Shown: positions 20,068 to 29,475, counted from the stretch's first letter. The stretch: 53,083 nucleotides of DNA from a virus (IMGVR_UViG_3300021255_000139); one strand, 5' to 3'. The notes: generated from the sequence alone by a model not told the origin. A program made the numbers and translations.

Positions 20068-21027
20068 ATAAATGACTATTTATGGAGGTAAATCCTATGT
20101 CATTTAAAGCTAATAGAAATTGTCCAAATTGCGGATTAGATCAATGGTGGTCTGTCGATAATCCGACAGAATATATTGAATTTTGTGAAAAATGTTCAAA
20201 GAGTATAAGTTTTGATAAAATACAACCAAAAGAAAATTTTGTATGTGATTCATGTGGTTCAACTGAATGCGTAGAATTAGATACAGATTTGGATTTTTCT
20301 CTAATGTGTGCAAAATGCAAAACTACAAAAATCATATTTACAAAACACGAAATAACAGTAAACAATAGAAATAAACCAAAGCGGTCACAAGAGGAAATAC
20401 AAGCGTCTATTCAAAATCTGAGAAATATGAGAGAAGAGATGCTTACTCCAAAATGTCCGAGATGTGGCTCAAAACATATTGTCACTGGCAGTCGTGGATT
20501 TTCTTTATTAACTGGATTTATCGGGGCGAATAAAACAGTTAACCGTTGCGCCAACTGTGGTTATTCGTATTATCCTAAACGATGAATTTCTTACGTTCCT
20601 TTCGGAATACTGGCTATGAAATATAGCTAAATTCGTAAGGCTATATTTACTATGCTTTAAAAGCTATAATCATATGGCTGACTATAACTATAGGATGGGT
20701 AGTCTCTGAGGATTTATACTACAACCAAAAGAGAAGAGTAGTATATGTCCTGCTCGTTTCCCATTATCACAGTCCGTAGCACGTTACAAACGCTTTTTTT
20801 CAGCATAGACCATCTGTGCGATTTTTTCTATCTTTCGATCACATTCAAGGCTATCGTTGCCGATTCCTTTGTAGTTCACACAGCTTTAGGGATTTCAAGC
20901 ATTTACTCCTTATTGTGGATTTTTTATAGAACATCCACCACCTATACCTTGTCTACAACGCCATTATGTTGTTTCCTTGGTATAAGCGGACTCACTTCAA
21001 AATATAGGAAGTGCGATTTCTCGCTTA
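20043..21027 (-). other. Atypical group I-like intron 2 in the TMP gene (985 nt)
   Basis: Begins with UAA after exon ..GAU and ends in G. P4 UGCUUG/CGAGCA; R motif UCAGAGACUA (20700-20709); P8-like hairpin. The guide at 20989-21010 pairs with both exons. Excision gives in-frame ..KNFD|SLKN.. Confidence 0.75.
20097..20585 (+). CDS. Multi-zinc-ribbon protein, antisense within intron 2
   Basis: GGAGG RBS at 20084-88 favours ATG 20097. Six CxxC pairs; C-terminus PKCPRCGS..RCANCGY. No nuclease motif recognised. Confidence 0.85.
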   Translation: MSFKANRNCPNCGLDQWWSVDNPTEYIEFCEKCSKSISFDKIQPKENFVCDSCGSTECVELDTDLDFSLMCAKCKTTKIIFTKHEITVNNRNKPKRSQEEIQASIQNLRNMREEMLTPKCPRCGSKHIVTGSRGFSLLTGFIGANKTVNRCANCGYSYYPKR

Positions 21028-21592
21028 ATCAAAGTTCTTTACAAATGCTGCAATTCCAGCACCAGCACCGATTGTTCCAAACAATCCTAATTTTTCAGTC
21101 AAAGCATCAATTACTTCGAGAACTTTTGTCAGACCAGTTACGACGATACCAATATCTTCACGTTGGAAGAGGTTCTGCGCAATTCCTACAAAAGATTCTT
21201 TCATTGCATTGACTTTGTATTCGATGGATTCTTGCACAATACCCATTTCACGGTCTGCTGATCCGGCACTGCCAGCCATTTCATCCATCGCTTTTCTCGC
21301 AGCGTCAAAGTTGTTAATTGTGGCTGCTATAATTTGACCCTGACGTTTTCCTGCAAGTGCTTCAAGCAACTGTGCTTGATTTTTGTCAGAAAGTTGGTCA
21401 TATATTTGACTGATTTCGTCTAAAAGTTCATATGTACTCTTGAACTCTGTTTTTGCATCATCTTTAAACAGACTTATGCCACCGGGTTTTTCGGCGGTTT
21501 TGGTAAGGTCTGCAATTTTACCAGATAATTCTTCGACATCATTTGTGAAGCCTTGGGTTTCTTCGTCATACCCACGCACACGCATGGCAACT
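21028..21592 (-). CDS. Tape measure protein, exon 2
   Basis: VAMRVRGYDEE..LLEALAGKRQ..SAGSADRE continues the TP901-type TMP core begun in exon 1. Confidence 0.88.
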
Positions 21593-23024
21593 CCTAAATA
21601 TTAGATATGTTATCGCTATCACATACCCTATTGCTAATCAAATACTCCTACTTCTTTTAATTTCTCAAACAAAAAAGATTCCATGTCATCCTTTTCCCAA
21701 TACGGTACGATGATTAACGGAATCTTGTTGTCCTTACAATATTTTTCTTTTGTTTCAAAGCGTTTCTTTGTTATCTCAAACTGTTCATTCGCCCATTGTT
21801 CCCCATTGTTAGCGAAATCAACAGGTCTATAATGTTGTTCTCCATTATATTCAAATGCTATATTGTGATCTATGTCATATGCGTCAAATTTCAATTTTCT
21901 TTCATATATACAATCATCAATCATATATTGTTGAACATAATTGATTCCGAACTTATTTAATATGTCAATCATCTTTCTTTCGCCTATTGATATGTTGCAA
22001 GTAGGACATCCTGCACTCGTATTTAATAGATTGGCTGGATATCCATACCAAATAGTACCGTCCAATAAACATTCACATTTAATCTTTTTATGTGTATTAG
22101 AATATTGACCTAATACTTTAATATTTGGATTGACTTGTTTCAATTCGGAAATAAATTTATCATGACTTTTTCTTTTTGCTGTTTCTACAATTTTCCGACC
22201 ACATTCAGGACAACCAGAACCATTACTTGTTAATACCCTTGCCTTTGTAGACCATGTATGTCCACACTTTCTACACTTGCATTGAACATAATTCTCGCTG
22301 CCAGTATATTCAGATAATAATTCTACATCTGGATTTATCACCATAGATTTAATTTCATCTGTTGTTCGACTTCTTCCAGTACAATATTTACATCCTTTTT
22401 TATATGTTTTGAAATGACTCCAATCAATCGACTGTATTCCTTTGTCAAGATGGATAGGACATAAAAAATCAATCATTGTTCCTTTATGTGGGTGTTTGTG
22501 GTTTCCAATATATCTTAAATTTAACTGATTACATTTATCTTTGTAATCTTCTTCTGTGTATTTATTTATTTTCAATATAAAACATTATGATTAGCAATAC
22601 TCATACCTTCGCATGAGAGTAGATCATGTTTTAACCACGGTAATAATACCAGCAGTCATACCTTTTCCATTTAACGGATTTTCACCGACATTATTTAGCG
22701 ATTATGCCGTACTCCTATTGTTGCAGTTATTCAGGATTTCCACCTTTATTCACAAGTCTGCAACCCGACATGGGGATGATCGTTGAACGTTTACCCTCGA
22801 CTTATCTGTTTCATGTTCTGAAATAACGTTAGGGTACTTCGCTGCAAAACTATGATTGTTATAGCACTTAGGTTTTTGACCATATGCCATCCTTACGTTT
22901 TTTCTGCTTTCGCACCGTCATAATGTGATTTCTCCACTATTGTGGTGTAAGGCTTTACATTTTACTTGCAATTAAATATGTTCACTATGCACATTTCTGT
23001 ACATAAAGACAGTTAAAAATTTTT
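21593..23024 (-). mobile_element. Group I intron 1 (IA-like, 1432 nt) in the TMP gene, with endonuclease ORF
   Basis: P AAUUGCAAG; Q UUUGCAGCG; R GUUCAACGAUCA; S AAACAUGAUCU; P9 CUCAUGC-GAAG-GUAUGAG; terminal G at 21593. Guide UAACU|GUCUU pairs with both exons. Spliced junction reads GTAYKT-VAMRVRG. Confidence 0.9.
21634..22575 (-). CDS. Intron-encoded putative homing endonuclease (zinc-ribbon repeats + Vsr/PD-(D/E)XK-like domain)
   Basis: Repeated C..W..GCPxC modules; C-terminus KFDAY..AFEYNGEQHY..KEKYCKDNKIPLIIVPYW. The ORF is enclosed by the 12-bp stem TATTGCTAATCA/TGATTAGCAATA. Confidence 0.8.
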   Translation of the reverse strand: MKINKYTEEDYKDKCNQLNLRYIGNHKHPHKGTMIDFLCPIHLDKGIQSIDWSHFKTYKKGCKYCTGRSRTTDEIKSMVINPDVELLSEYTGSENYVQCKCRKCGHTWSTKARVLTSNGSGCPECGRKIVETAKRKSHDKFISELKQVNPNIKVLGQYSNTHKKIKCECLLDGTIWYGYPANLLNTSAGCPTCNISIGERKMIDILNKFGINYVQQYMIDDCIYERKLKFDAYDIDHNIAFEYNGEQHYRPVDFANNGEQWANEQFEITKKRFETKEKYCKDNKIPLIIVPYWEKDDMESFLFEKLKEVGVFD

Positions 23025-24358
23025 GTCTTGTAGGCTGTTCCAACGGACGCTGCATCCCGTGTAATTTCCACGGCAGCAGTTTCCAAAGCGATAGTCTCGT
23101 CTAACGAGTTGTTGGCTTCAGCCATAGCCGAAGAACTTCTCTGTAGCATTTCTACAATCTCCAGATTTGATGTCGCTGCAGTGTTCCCGATCTGGTTAAT
23201 TTTTGACATTACTCCATCGAGTACATTATCAACATCTACGTCAAAGGCTTTCATTACGCTCACAAGCCCGTCAGTCGCTTGATCCGTGTCCATTCCCGGA
23301 GAAATCGCTGCAAACTGCGAACTTAACTTAGCCATTTGAGTAGCTTGTTCTTTTGAACTATAACCAAGCCTTGACCATGCAGAAGCCTGATTTATAATTT
23401 CAGCCGTAGAGACACCTAATTGTTTTGCTACATTGTTTGAGTCTTGATAGAACGCTTCAAGTTCACCAGAACTCATGGTTGTGGTTTTCTTCAGATCAAC
23501 TAAAGCGGTGTCTAATTCCACAACACTATTGTACATATCTTTAATTCCACGTATTCCAGTAGAGATCAAAGCACCCATTCCGAATAGTGGACTTATCTTT
23601 CCAATATTATTGAATAATGTTCCTAAGAAACCTCTGCCAGTGTTCCCTTCCGCAGAAGCCAATGTTTTTAGTTCGCTAAATTGTGTTCTTAGGTTTTTTA
23701 ATTCAGAAGCGGAAGTAACTTGTTGAAGTTTTTGTTGAAGCTGTTGTAGTTGAGTAGCATAAACCTTTGCAGCTTTCGTATTTTGATTCATCCATGTCTG
23801 TATTTGATTGCCAAGAATATTACGTCCAGACATTACAGACATTGTTTGAGTCGAATTTTTGACTTCCGCATTTAATTCTCTATACTTTAAATTTAATCTC
23901 GCAAGTTCTTGTTCAAGATTTTGGAAATTACGCATCTGCTCCCTTGGCGTAGCATTCCTATCAAAATTCTCTATCTGTGATCTTATGTTTGATAGTTGTG
24001 CAGCAAAACTACTTCCAGTTTGTCCAAGAGAAGCGAATTTGGTTTCGAGTTCAGATATACCAGTGTGCAATTTTTGCATACCAAGATCATTTATTCCTTG
24101 GTTGAAACCATTTGTAAATGACCTACCAGCATTTTGTCCGGCTCTTTGTACTACCTGAACGATGTTTCCAGTGTTGAGATTTATTTTGTCAATCTTGAAG
24201 TTATTAAGCTGGTTCAGTTGGTTTTGAATATTTGCCATACCTTGCATATCAAGGTCAACTGAAACTCGCTTGCCATTCAAAGCATCCAATCGTTGTTCAA
24301 CGCTTGTCAACTGTTGGTCTTGTACATCAAGATTTATTGTTGCGTTAAAATCAGGCAT
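23025..24358 (-). CDS. Tape measure protein, exon 1
   Basis: TP901-family core (ELDTALVDLKKTT..WSRLGYS..INQIGN..SVGTAYKT); the remaining 12 codons of the ORF are intron sequence. Confidence 0.9.
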
Positions 24359-24416
24359 ACTTTTTCACCACTCCTTTCATTAGAGTTTTACAACTCCAGA
24401 AATGGAGTTTGTATAA

Positions 24417-24836
24417 TTAAGAAAAATGTCGGCTACACGCCTCAATAAGTGCCTGTTCAATATCATGTTCTGATTTAGCCCAAAATCCGGGCTTACCAGC
24501 AATATGCGCACCACCAGCTTCAGCAGCATTAAAAACATCTTGCGCAGAAAAATAACTTGCATAAGGTGGGCTAAAAGCCGGGTTCGGAACTTTATATGAA
24601 ACACCAGCCACATCAAGATAAATTCTTGCCGTGTAATGATTCCCGCCGCCTGAAACTCCTGTCGATCTTGTAGAATCGCCAAGTTGTCCAGTTCGTTTAT
24701 ACCTTCCAGTTCCAGCAGAAGAGTAAAAACTATGAACATTATTTTCAGTCGCAATTTTGCCTTTGCTTTCTGCTTCTGTAATTGCAGCCATTGCTTCTTG
24801 TTGTATTTTTTGTCTTATAGAATCCAGTGCGCCCAT
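24417..24836 (-). CDS. Putative tail completion protein (HK97 gp10-like)
   Basis: Probable start MGALDS at 24836; YKRTGQL motif; directly precedes TMP. Confidence 0.55.
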   Translation of the reverse strand: MGALDSIRQKIQQEAMAAITEAESKGKIATENNVHSFYSSAGTGRYKRTGQLGDSTRSTGVSGGGNHYTARIYLDVAGVSYKVPNPAFSPPYASYFSAQDVFNAAEAGGAHIAGKPGFWAKSEHDIEQALIEACSRHFS

Positions 24837-24837
24837 A

Positions 24838-25878
24838 TCAACCACCCATATCAGAAATTGATCCTTCCTTACCTTCAACAAGACCATTCTTTGAAAAATA
24901 CTTTCCAAATTCATCTGTCGCTTCAATGTCAGAATAGATATTGACAAGTTCTCCCGTAGACCACTGATTCCACTCTTGAATAATATGGTCTGGAATGTTA
25001 TAACGTTTCATACGGGTAGTTAAAAAATGCCGCAAACTATGCCAGTAGAAGTCAACTCCTAATGCACGAGAAAAAGATTTCGCCCAACTATTCAAAGTCG
25101 CAACTTTCATCTGTTCCCAACCATCAGCAGATTTTGACACAAAAAGCCATTCGCTTTCTATACCCAATTCTTCACGTTCTTTCATCCATAAGTCATAATA
25201 TTTTTTAAAGTCGCACAAAACATATTTATTTATCATTTTTCCGTTTTTGCCACGACCCTTAGTTTTTATTTTTGGTGTCATATATAAAGCACCATCGAAT
25301 ACTAAGTTATCGTCCGAGAAATACTCAACTTTGAATCTCAAAAGTTCAGATTTTCTCGCACCGCTCATTGCAGCCAAAGCAAAAACACACGCTTTTTGAT
25401 ATTTACCTTGTGCGACTAAATCATCTAAAAATTTATCCACCTCTTCATCTGATAAAACAGTCTTTTCTCTAACTGCTTCATTTGGTGGAGATTCTATCTT
25501 TTTAATCACGGAACGATAATTCTCAAAATCTTCGTCCTCGTCAGATAAGATATTTTCAATAAAGTTGGACATACTACTGACCGCCGATTTTACACGCCGT
25601 ATTCTCTTTGCTCCCCAACCCCATTCATTTAGTGCAAAACCTTGAAAACGTGCAAACTCTCGTTTCTTAATATCAACAAAGTTCTTATCTCCGTTGTGTT
25701 CGAGATTCCACACGAAAAAAATATCTAAGTCATTTTTATATCCACGAATTGTACCCGGCGAACGATCAATAGAAGATAAGTAATCAAGAAAATCCTCTGC
25801 TAATTGTTTATTCTCCGGGTTTATCTGTTTAATTTTTTCATCATCGGTTATCTGATTGTATACAGTAGTTCGTGCCAT
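24838..25878 (-). CDS. Tyrosine recombinase/integrase family protein
   Basis: SAM-like N-terminus (RSPGTIRGY); catalytic set GARKSEL, KTKG, HSLRH, W, and Y in VNIY. Confidence 0.92.
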   Translation of the reverse strand: MARTTVYNQITDDEKIKQINPENKQLAEDFLDYLSSIDRSPGTIRGYKNDLDIFFVWNLEHNGDKNFVDIKKREFARFQGFALNEWGWGAKRIRRVKSAVSSMSNFIENILSDEDEDFENYRSVIKKIESPPNEAVREKTVLSDEEVDKFLDDLVAQGKYQKACVFALAAMSGARKSELLRFKVEYFSDDNLVFDGALYMTPKIKTKGRGKNGKMINKYVLCDFKKYYDLWMKEREELGIESEWLFVSKSADGWEQMKVATLNSWAKSFSRALGVDFYWHSLRHFLTTRMKRYNIPDHIIQEWNQWSTGELVNIYSDIEATDEFGKYFSKNGLVEGKEGSISDMGG

Positions 25879-25956
25879 GTTTCACCATCCTTTCTGTCAG
25901 TGCCAATAATGCAGTGCAAGATTTGCGGTGCGAGAAAGGGTAGCGAAACACTACCC

Positions 25957-26562
25957 TTACTCATTGGCTTTCGGCATTTCTACAATTTTATCGGAAGAAT
26001 CTGACGGAGCAGATTCGTTTTCTTTTTCTTCCTTTTCTTTTTCTTCCTTTGCAATCTGATTCAGAATTGCAGTTGCAATTTCATTTTCATTCATATTCGG
26101 CAAAAATCCGACTTTCTCCATTCTTGTCAGAACATCATTCATATCAAGACCTTCAAATTCGGAATTAAGAGTGCCGATAAGGTGCAGAAGAGCATCAAGC
26201 AGATCATCAATCTTAGTGCGCTTAATTGCAGACTCCTTGTTGAAGTTCACAAGTTCTTCAACAGAATCCTCTATAAATGCATATGTGTCTGGCATTTTGG
26301 TGCGAAGAATACTTCCAATATCGCTTTCTCGAAGAAAGGCGTAGCAGTCATTAATATCTTCCGGCAACTTAATATCTGTGAATGATCCAACAATATTCAG
26401 TTCAGTCATATACTTTAAAAGATATGGTCTGTACTTCCCATCGTTTACGACAGCATTTGCGATTGTTTCGATAGCAGTAATAATATTTATGAACAGCGGA
26501 TCGTCCTCATACTTAAACATTTTCTCTTTTCCGTCCACTGTATATGTTGCAGTCATTATCAT
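25957..26562 (-). CDS. Hypothetical protein, possible tail assembly chaperone
   Basis: 201-aa acidic ORF between tail tube and TMP; function inferred from position only. Confidence 0.55.
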   Translation of the reverse strand: MIMTATYTVDGKEKMFKYEDDPLFINIITAIETIANAVVNDGKYRPYLLKYMTELNIVGSFTDIKLPEDINDCYAFLRESDIGSILRTKMPDTYAFIEDSVEELVNFNKESAIKRTKIDDLLDALLHLIGTLNSEFEGLDMNDVLTRMEKVGFLPNMNENEIATAILNQIAKEEKEKEEKENESAPSDSSDKIVEMPKANE

Positions 26563-26564
26563 TA

Positions 26565-26876
26565 TTATTCAGCCTCACTTTCTTCTTTCTTTGTACTTGC
26601 TTTGATGAATGTGTCATAATTCTCTGTCAAAAACTTTTTGCTTTTTTCAGAGATTGTCTTATGGACACTGAATACTTTTTTGTTTTCTTTCTTTCCTGTG
26701 GAGTATGTACAAGTAGGGCAAACACAAATATTTGTTCCTTCAACCCAATGCATACTTTCTCCGCACTTATGACATTTCAAAATTTTTGTGCAAATTTCGA
26801 CAGCTTTCTTCTTATCTCTTAAACCAACTCTGCGAGGTTTAATTCCATACATTTCTGCTAATTCTTTCTGTGTCAT
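26565..26876 (-). CDS. Small basic zinc-ribbon protein
   Basis: CHKC..CPTC; AAAGGA RBS. Confidence 0.75.
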   Translation of the reverse strand: MTQKELAEMYGIKPRRVGLRDKKKAVEICTKILKCHKCGESMHWVEGTNICVCPTCTYSTGKKENKKVFSVHKTISEKSKKFLTENYDTFIKASTKKEESEAE

Positions 26877-27051
26877 ATTAAATGTCCTTTCTTTGTTTGG
26901 CTGAATGCCACTTTCTATTAGAAATACAGTGCGATAAAAGCACTATAATATTTGCGTAAAAAATAATACCTTCAGGAAAAGTCGGAAAAAGTTATTCTTC
27001 TAACCTTTACTGAAGGTATTAAACACTGGCACAGACCAATGTCCATGCCAG

Positions 27052-27240
27052 CTATTCTTCAAAATATTTACAATGCCGTTTATCTTGATTATGTGCGATG
27101 TAATATCCTTTATCTGAACAATATCGCTGACAGAGACAAAGTTTCTGCGAATCAGTTACACACTTTTCGTTAAGGCAGAATAACATATCTTTATCAGTTT
27201 TCTCACTGTGCTTGAATAATGTGTATCTGCAAGTATTCAT
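27052..27240 (-). CDS. Small Cys-rich protein
   Basis: 62 aa with 7 Cys; start overlaps the upstream stop (TAATG). Confidence 0.65.
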   Translation of the reverse strand: MNTCRYTLFKHSEKTDKDMLFCLNEKCVTDSQKLCLCQRYCSDKGYYIAHNQDKRHCKYFEE

Positions 27241-27539
27241 TACTTTATCTCAATCTTAAAATCAGGAGTGCCGATTTTGCCGGAATATTCAACCATAACA
27301 GTTTCGCCCGGATCATCGTCAATTCCATCAATTCTAATTCCAAAACCATCAAAAGAGATAATCATAAAATGCTGTGCCTTGATAAAAGCAAGTACCTTAC
27401 ATTCTTTTGTTGATTTGGTCGGCTTCTTGTTTCTATTTTTCTTTTCAACTTTTTCTTTTACTTTTTCATCAGGTGCGGAAATTTCCGCTTCTTTGTCAAC
27501 TTCCAAGGTGGGAGTTTCCATATAGTTTTCAAAATCCAT
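27240..27539 (-). CDS. Hypothetical protein
   Basis: Likely start MDFENY after AAAGGAG RBS. Confidence 0.7.
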   Translation of the reverse strand: MDFENYMETPTLEVDKEAEISAPDEKVKEKVEKKNRNKKPTKSTKECKVLAFIKAQHFMIISFDGFGIRIDGIDDDPGETVMVEYSGKIGTPDFKIEIK

Positions 27540-27564
27540 TACTTTGTTGCTCCTTTCTTTGTTG

Positions 27565-27597
27565 AAAAATAGCGGACAGCTTAAAGCCATCCGCTAT
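27565..27597 (-). terminator. Intrinsic terminator after the major tail gene
   Basis: ATAGCGGA/TCCGCTAT stem followed by T tract. Confidence 0.65.
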
Positions 27598-27614
27598 ATA
27601 AAATTTCAGTTTTA

Positions 27615-28640
27615 TTAAGAAGCAACGACAGTAATTGTCACTTCGTCTGTCAGACCATCGGTAGTTGAAGCAGTAATCTTTGCAGACCCTGCAGCAACAC
27701 CAGTTACAAGTCCAGCAGTTGTAACTGTTGCAACACTTTCTGCACTGGATGCAAATGACACATCAGTAGCTTCAAGTTCAACTGGCTTGTACATTGCACC
27801 AATAATTCCTTCAACTGAAAGCTGAATTGTTCCATTAGTCTCCACGGACTTAGATGGAGCAACAATAACGATTTCAGAGTAAGCATCAGTGTCAGCAGCA
27901 TCAGTTGTGTCAATTTCAGTAACATATGCGTAAACGGCATTACCATCAGCACAAGTGTCACCCTCAACAGCAAGCGCACCGCCAGAAATCTGTGTACTTA
28001 CAACACCATCAGGTGTAAATGAAATATCAAAGTTACCATCCAGAGAATAAGACGGAACTACGATTTCAACAGTACCAATCTTACCTTTCTTACTATTGTG
28101 CTTATCAGCCTGAAGCACCAGCTTACCAATGTAAGGTGTAGATTCAGCATCAATAGTGATTCTCTTAGACATTACTCTATACTGATATGTTGCACGAACA
28201 ACGACTTCACCAGTACCAAGACCATATCTTGTAAGATCAATCTGTTTTCCTTCCGGCGTAACTTCAACGAAAGTTCTGTTAGGCAGTTCAATACCAACCT
28301 TACCAATCGGAGTTTCGCCAAGTGTACCAACACCATTAGTCAGAGTGATACATTCATTCAGTTTATAGAAATCCTTGATTCCCTTCTCAATCTGTGAACC
28401 AGTCTGCATAGCAATGTACTCTAACTTCCAATCAGCAGCTTCAAGTTCAACAGTCAGTTCACGACCATACTTGTAAGAGAAAACTTTCTGATTGCCCTTA
28501 CCAGCATTGATAGCCTGTTCCTGCATAGAAACGGAAATAGAAGAACTAAGGTTGGTTGTACCTGTGCAAGCCAGAACGTCATTTACATAGAACGCAAAGT
28601 CGGCAACAGATACGACAAATTCTTTACCTTTTGTATTCAT
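27615..28640 (-). CDS. Major tail (tube) protein with C-terminal Ig-like (Big_2) domain
   Basis: Tail module position; C-terminus FASSAESVATVTTAGLVTGVAAGSAKITAS is a typical Big_2 pattern. Confidence 0.8.
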   Translation of the reverse strand: MNTKGKEFVVSVADFAFYVNDVLACTGTTNLSSSISVSMQEQAINAGKGNQKVFSYKYGRELTVELEAADWKLEYIAMQTGSQIEKGIKDFYKLNECITLTNGVGTLGETPIGKVGIELPNRTFVEVTPEGKQIDLTRYGLGTGEVVVRATYQYRVMSKRITIDAESTPYIGKLVLQADKHNSKKGKIGTVEIVVPSYSLDGNFDISFTPDGVVSTQISGGALAVEGDTCADGNAVYAYVTEIDTTDAADTDAYSEIVIVAPSKSVETNGTIQLSVEGIIGAMYKPVELEATDVSFASSAESVATVTTAGLVTGVAAGSAKITASTTDGLTDEVTITVVAS

Positions 28641-28671
28641 AATTTGCCATTCCTCCTATGTTGAATTAGCA

Positions 28672-29475
28672 TTAACTAATCATATTTCTAATTGTTTCAG
28701 CATCAGTCTTGACATCAGAGAACCTGTCTTTTTCTTCAATCGTAGACATCCAATATTGAATAGGTTCTTTGAATTTAACCATACCAGTGCTTTCAGCGGA
28801 CTTCATTGCTCTATAAATATCAAGTTTATTTATACGTTTGATATACCGCCAAAATTTGCGTATAGTCATGTCTTTAACATCACGCTCTGTACGATTTAGA
28901 GCCACACAAACAGAATCAATATAATCTTCTATGGTCGAGTTATCCTTGTTCTTGGATAGTGCTTCTTGTGCTTTTAGAAGTTCTTGTTCTGTATCGTAAT
29001 GGATAAATTCGTCTATATCAAAATCTATCCCATTTTGTAGGATGATGATTCTGCGTATATCATCAAATTGGTCATCGTTTATTTCGACACCATTTATACG
29101 GAATCCCCCTTTATCAGACCTTGCTTCTACTTCTTGATCCTTAAATACCATTCTAAGAAGTTCAAAAGCAAAGATATAATATGCCGGGAGAAAAGGCATA
29201 GCATATTGTGCGGCAAATTCCACATTGTCATATGCGAAATATAAAAATTCAAGATACGACATCTTGATTACTTTTTTAACTGGAAAATAGCTATTCTTCC
29301 GCACTAAAATAGCTTGTTTAAATATACTAAATTCAAGTATATTCTCCATTGTAACAGGGTATAAAACCAGATCGAATGTATTGTTTTTGTCGGTATAGTG
29401 AAATGGGGTACTGTACAATAGGTTAGCTTGCATTGAATCACTTGTGATGTGCATATGATTCCTTCTTCGCTTCAA
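28672..29475 (-). CDS. Virion morphogenesis protein (SPbeta YomV-like position)
   Basis: 267-aa ORF (start may be at 29454); MTIRKF motif; synteny. Confidence 0.6.
   Translation of the reverse strand: MKRRRNHMHITSDSMQANLLYSTPFHYTDKNNTFDLVLYPVTMENILEFSIFKQAILVRKNSYFPVKKVIKMSYLEFLYFAYDNVEFAAQYAMPFLPAYYIFAFELLRMVFKDQEVEARSDKGGFRINGVEINDDQFDDIRRIIILQNGIDFDIDEFIHYDTEQELLKAQEALSKNKDNSTIEDYIDSVCVALNRTERDVKDMTIRKFWRYIKRINKLDIYRAMKSAESTGMVKFKEPIQYWMSTIEEKDRFSDVKTDAETIRNMIS

Noticed and set aside
20024..21010. The 19-bp imperfect inverted repeat as a DNA inversion site for the nearby recombinase
   Set aside because: Inversion would not remove the TAA after exon 2. The complementarity ends exactly at the predicted splice site and abuts the P1 triplet, which fits an RNA guide better. 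Not formally excluded.
20043..21030. Translational bypassing (T4 gene 60-like) across the TMP gap
   Set aside because: No matching GAU landing codon before the resume point, the gap is 985 nt, and group I core motifs are present
20745..21212. 155-aa plus-strand ORF
   Set aside because: Antisense to the intron 2 core and exon 2, with no recognisable protein features
21025..23024. TMP pseudogene or stop-codon reassignment
   Set aside because: Breaks coincide with intron motifs and splice in frame; other genes are intact under the standard code; no suppressor tRNA seen
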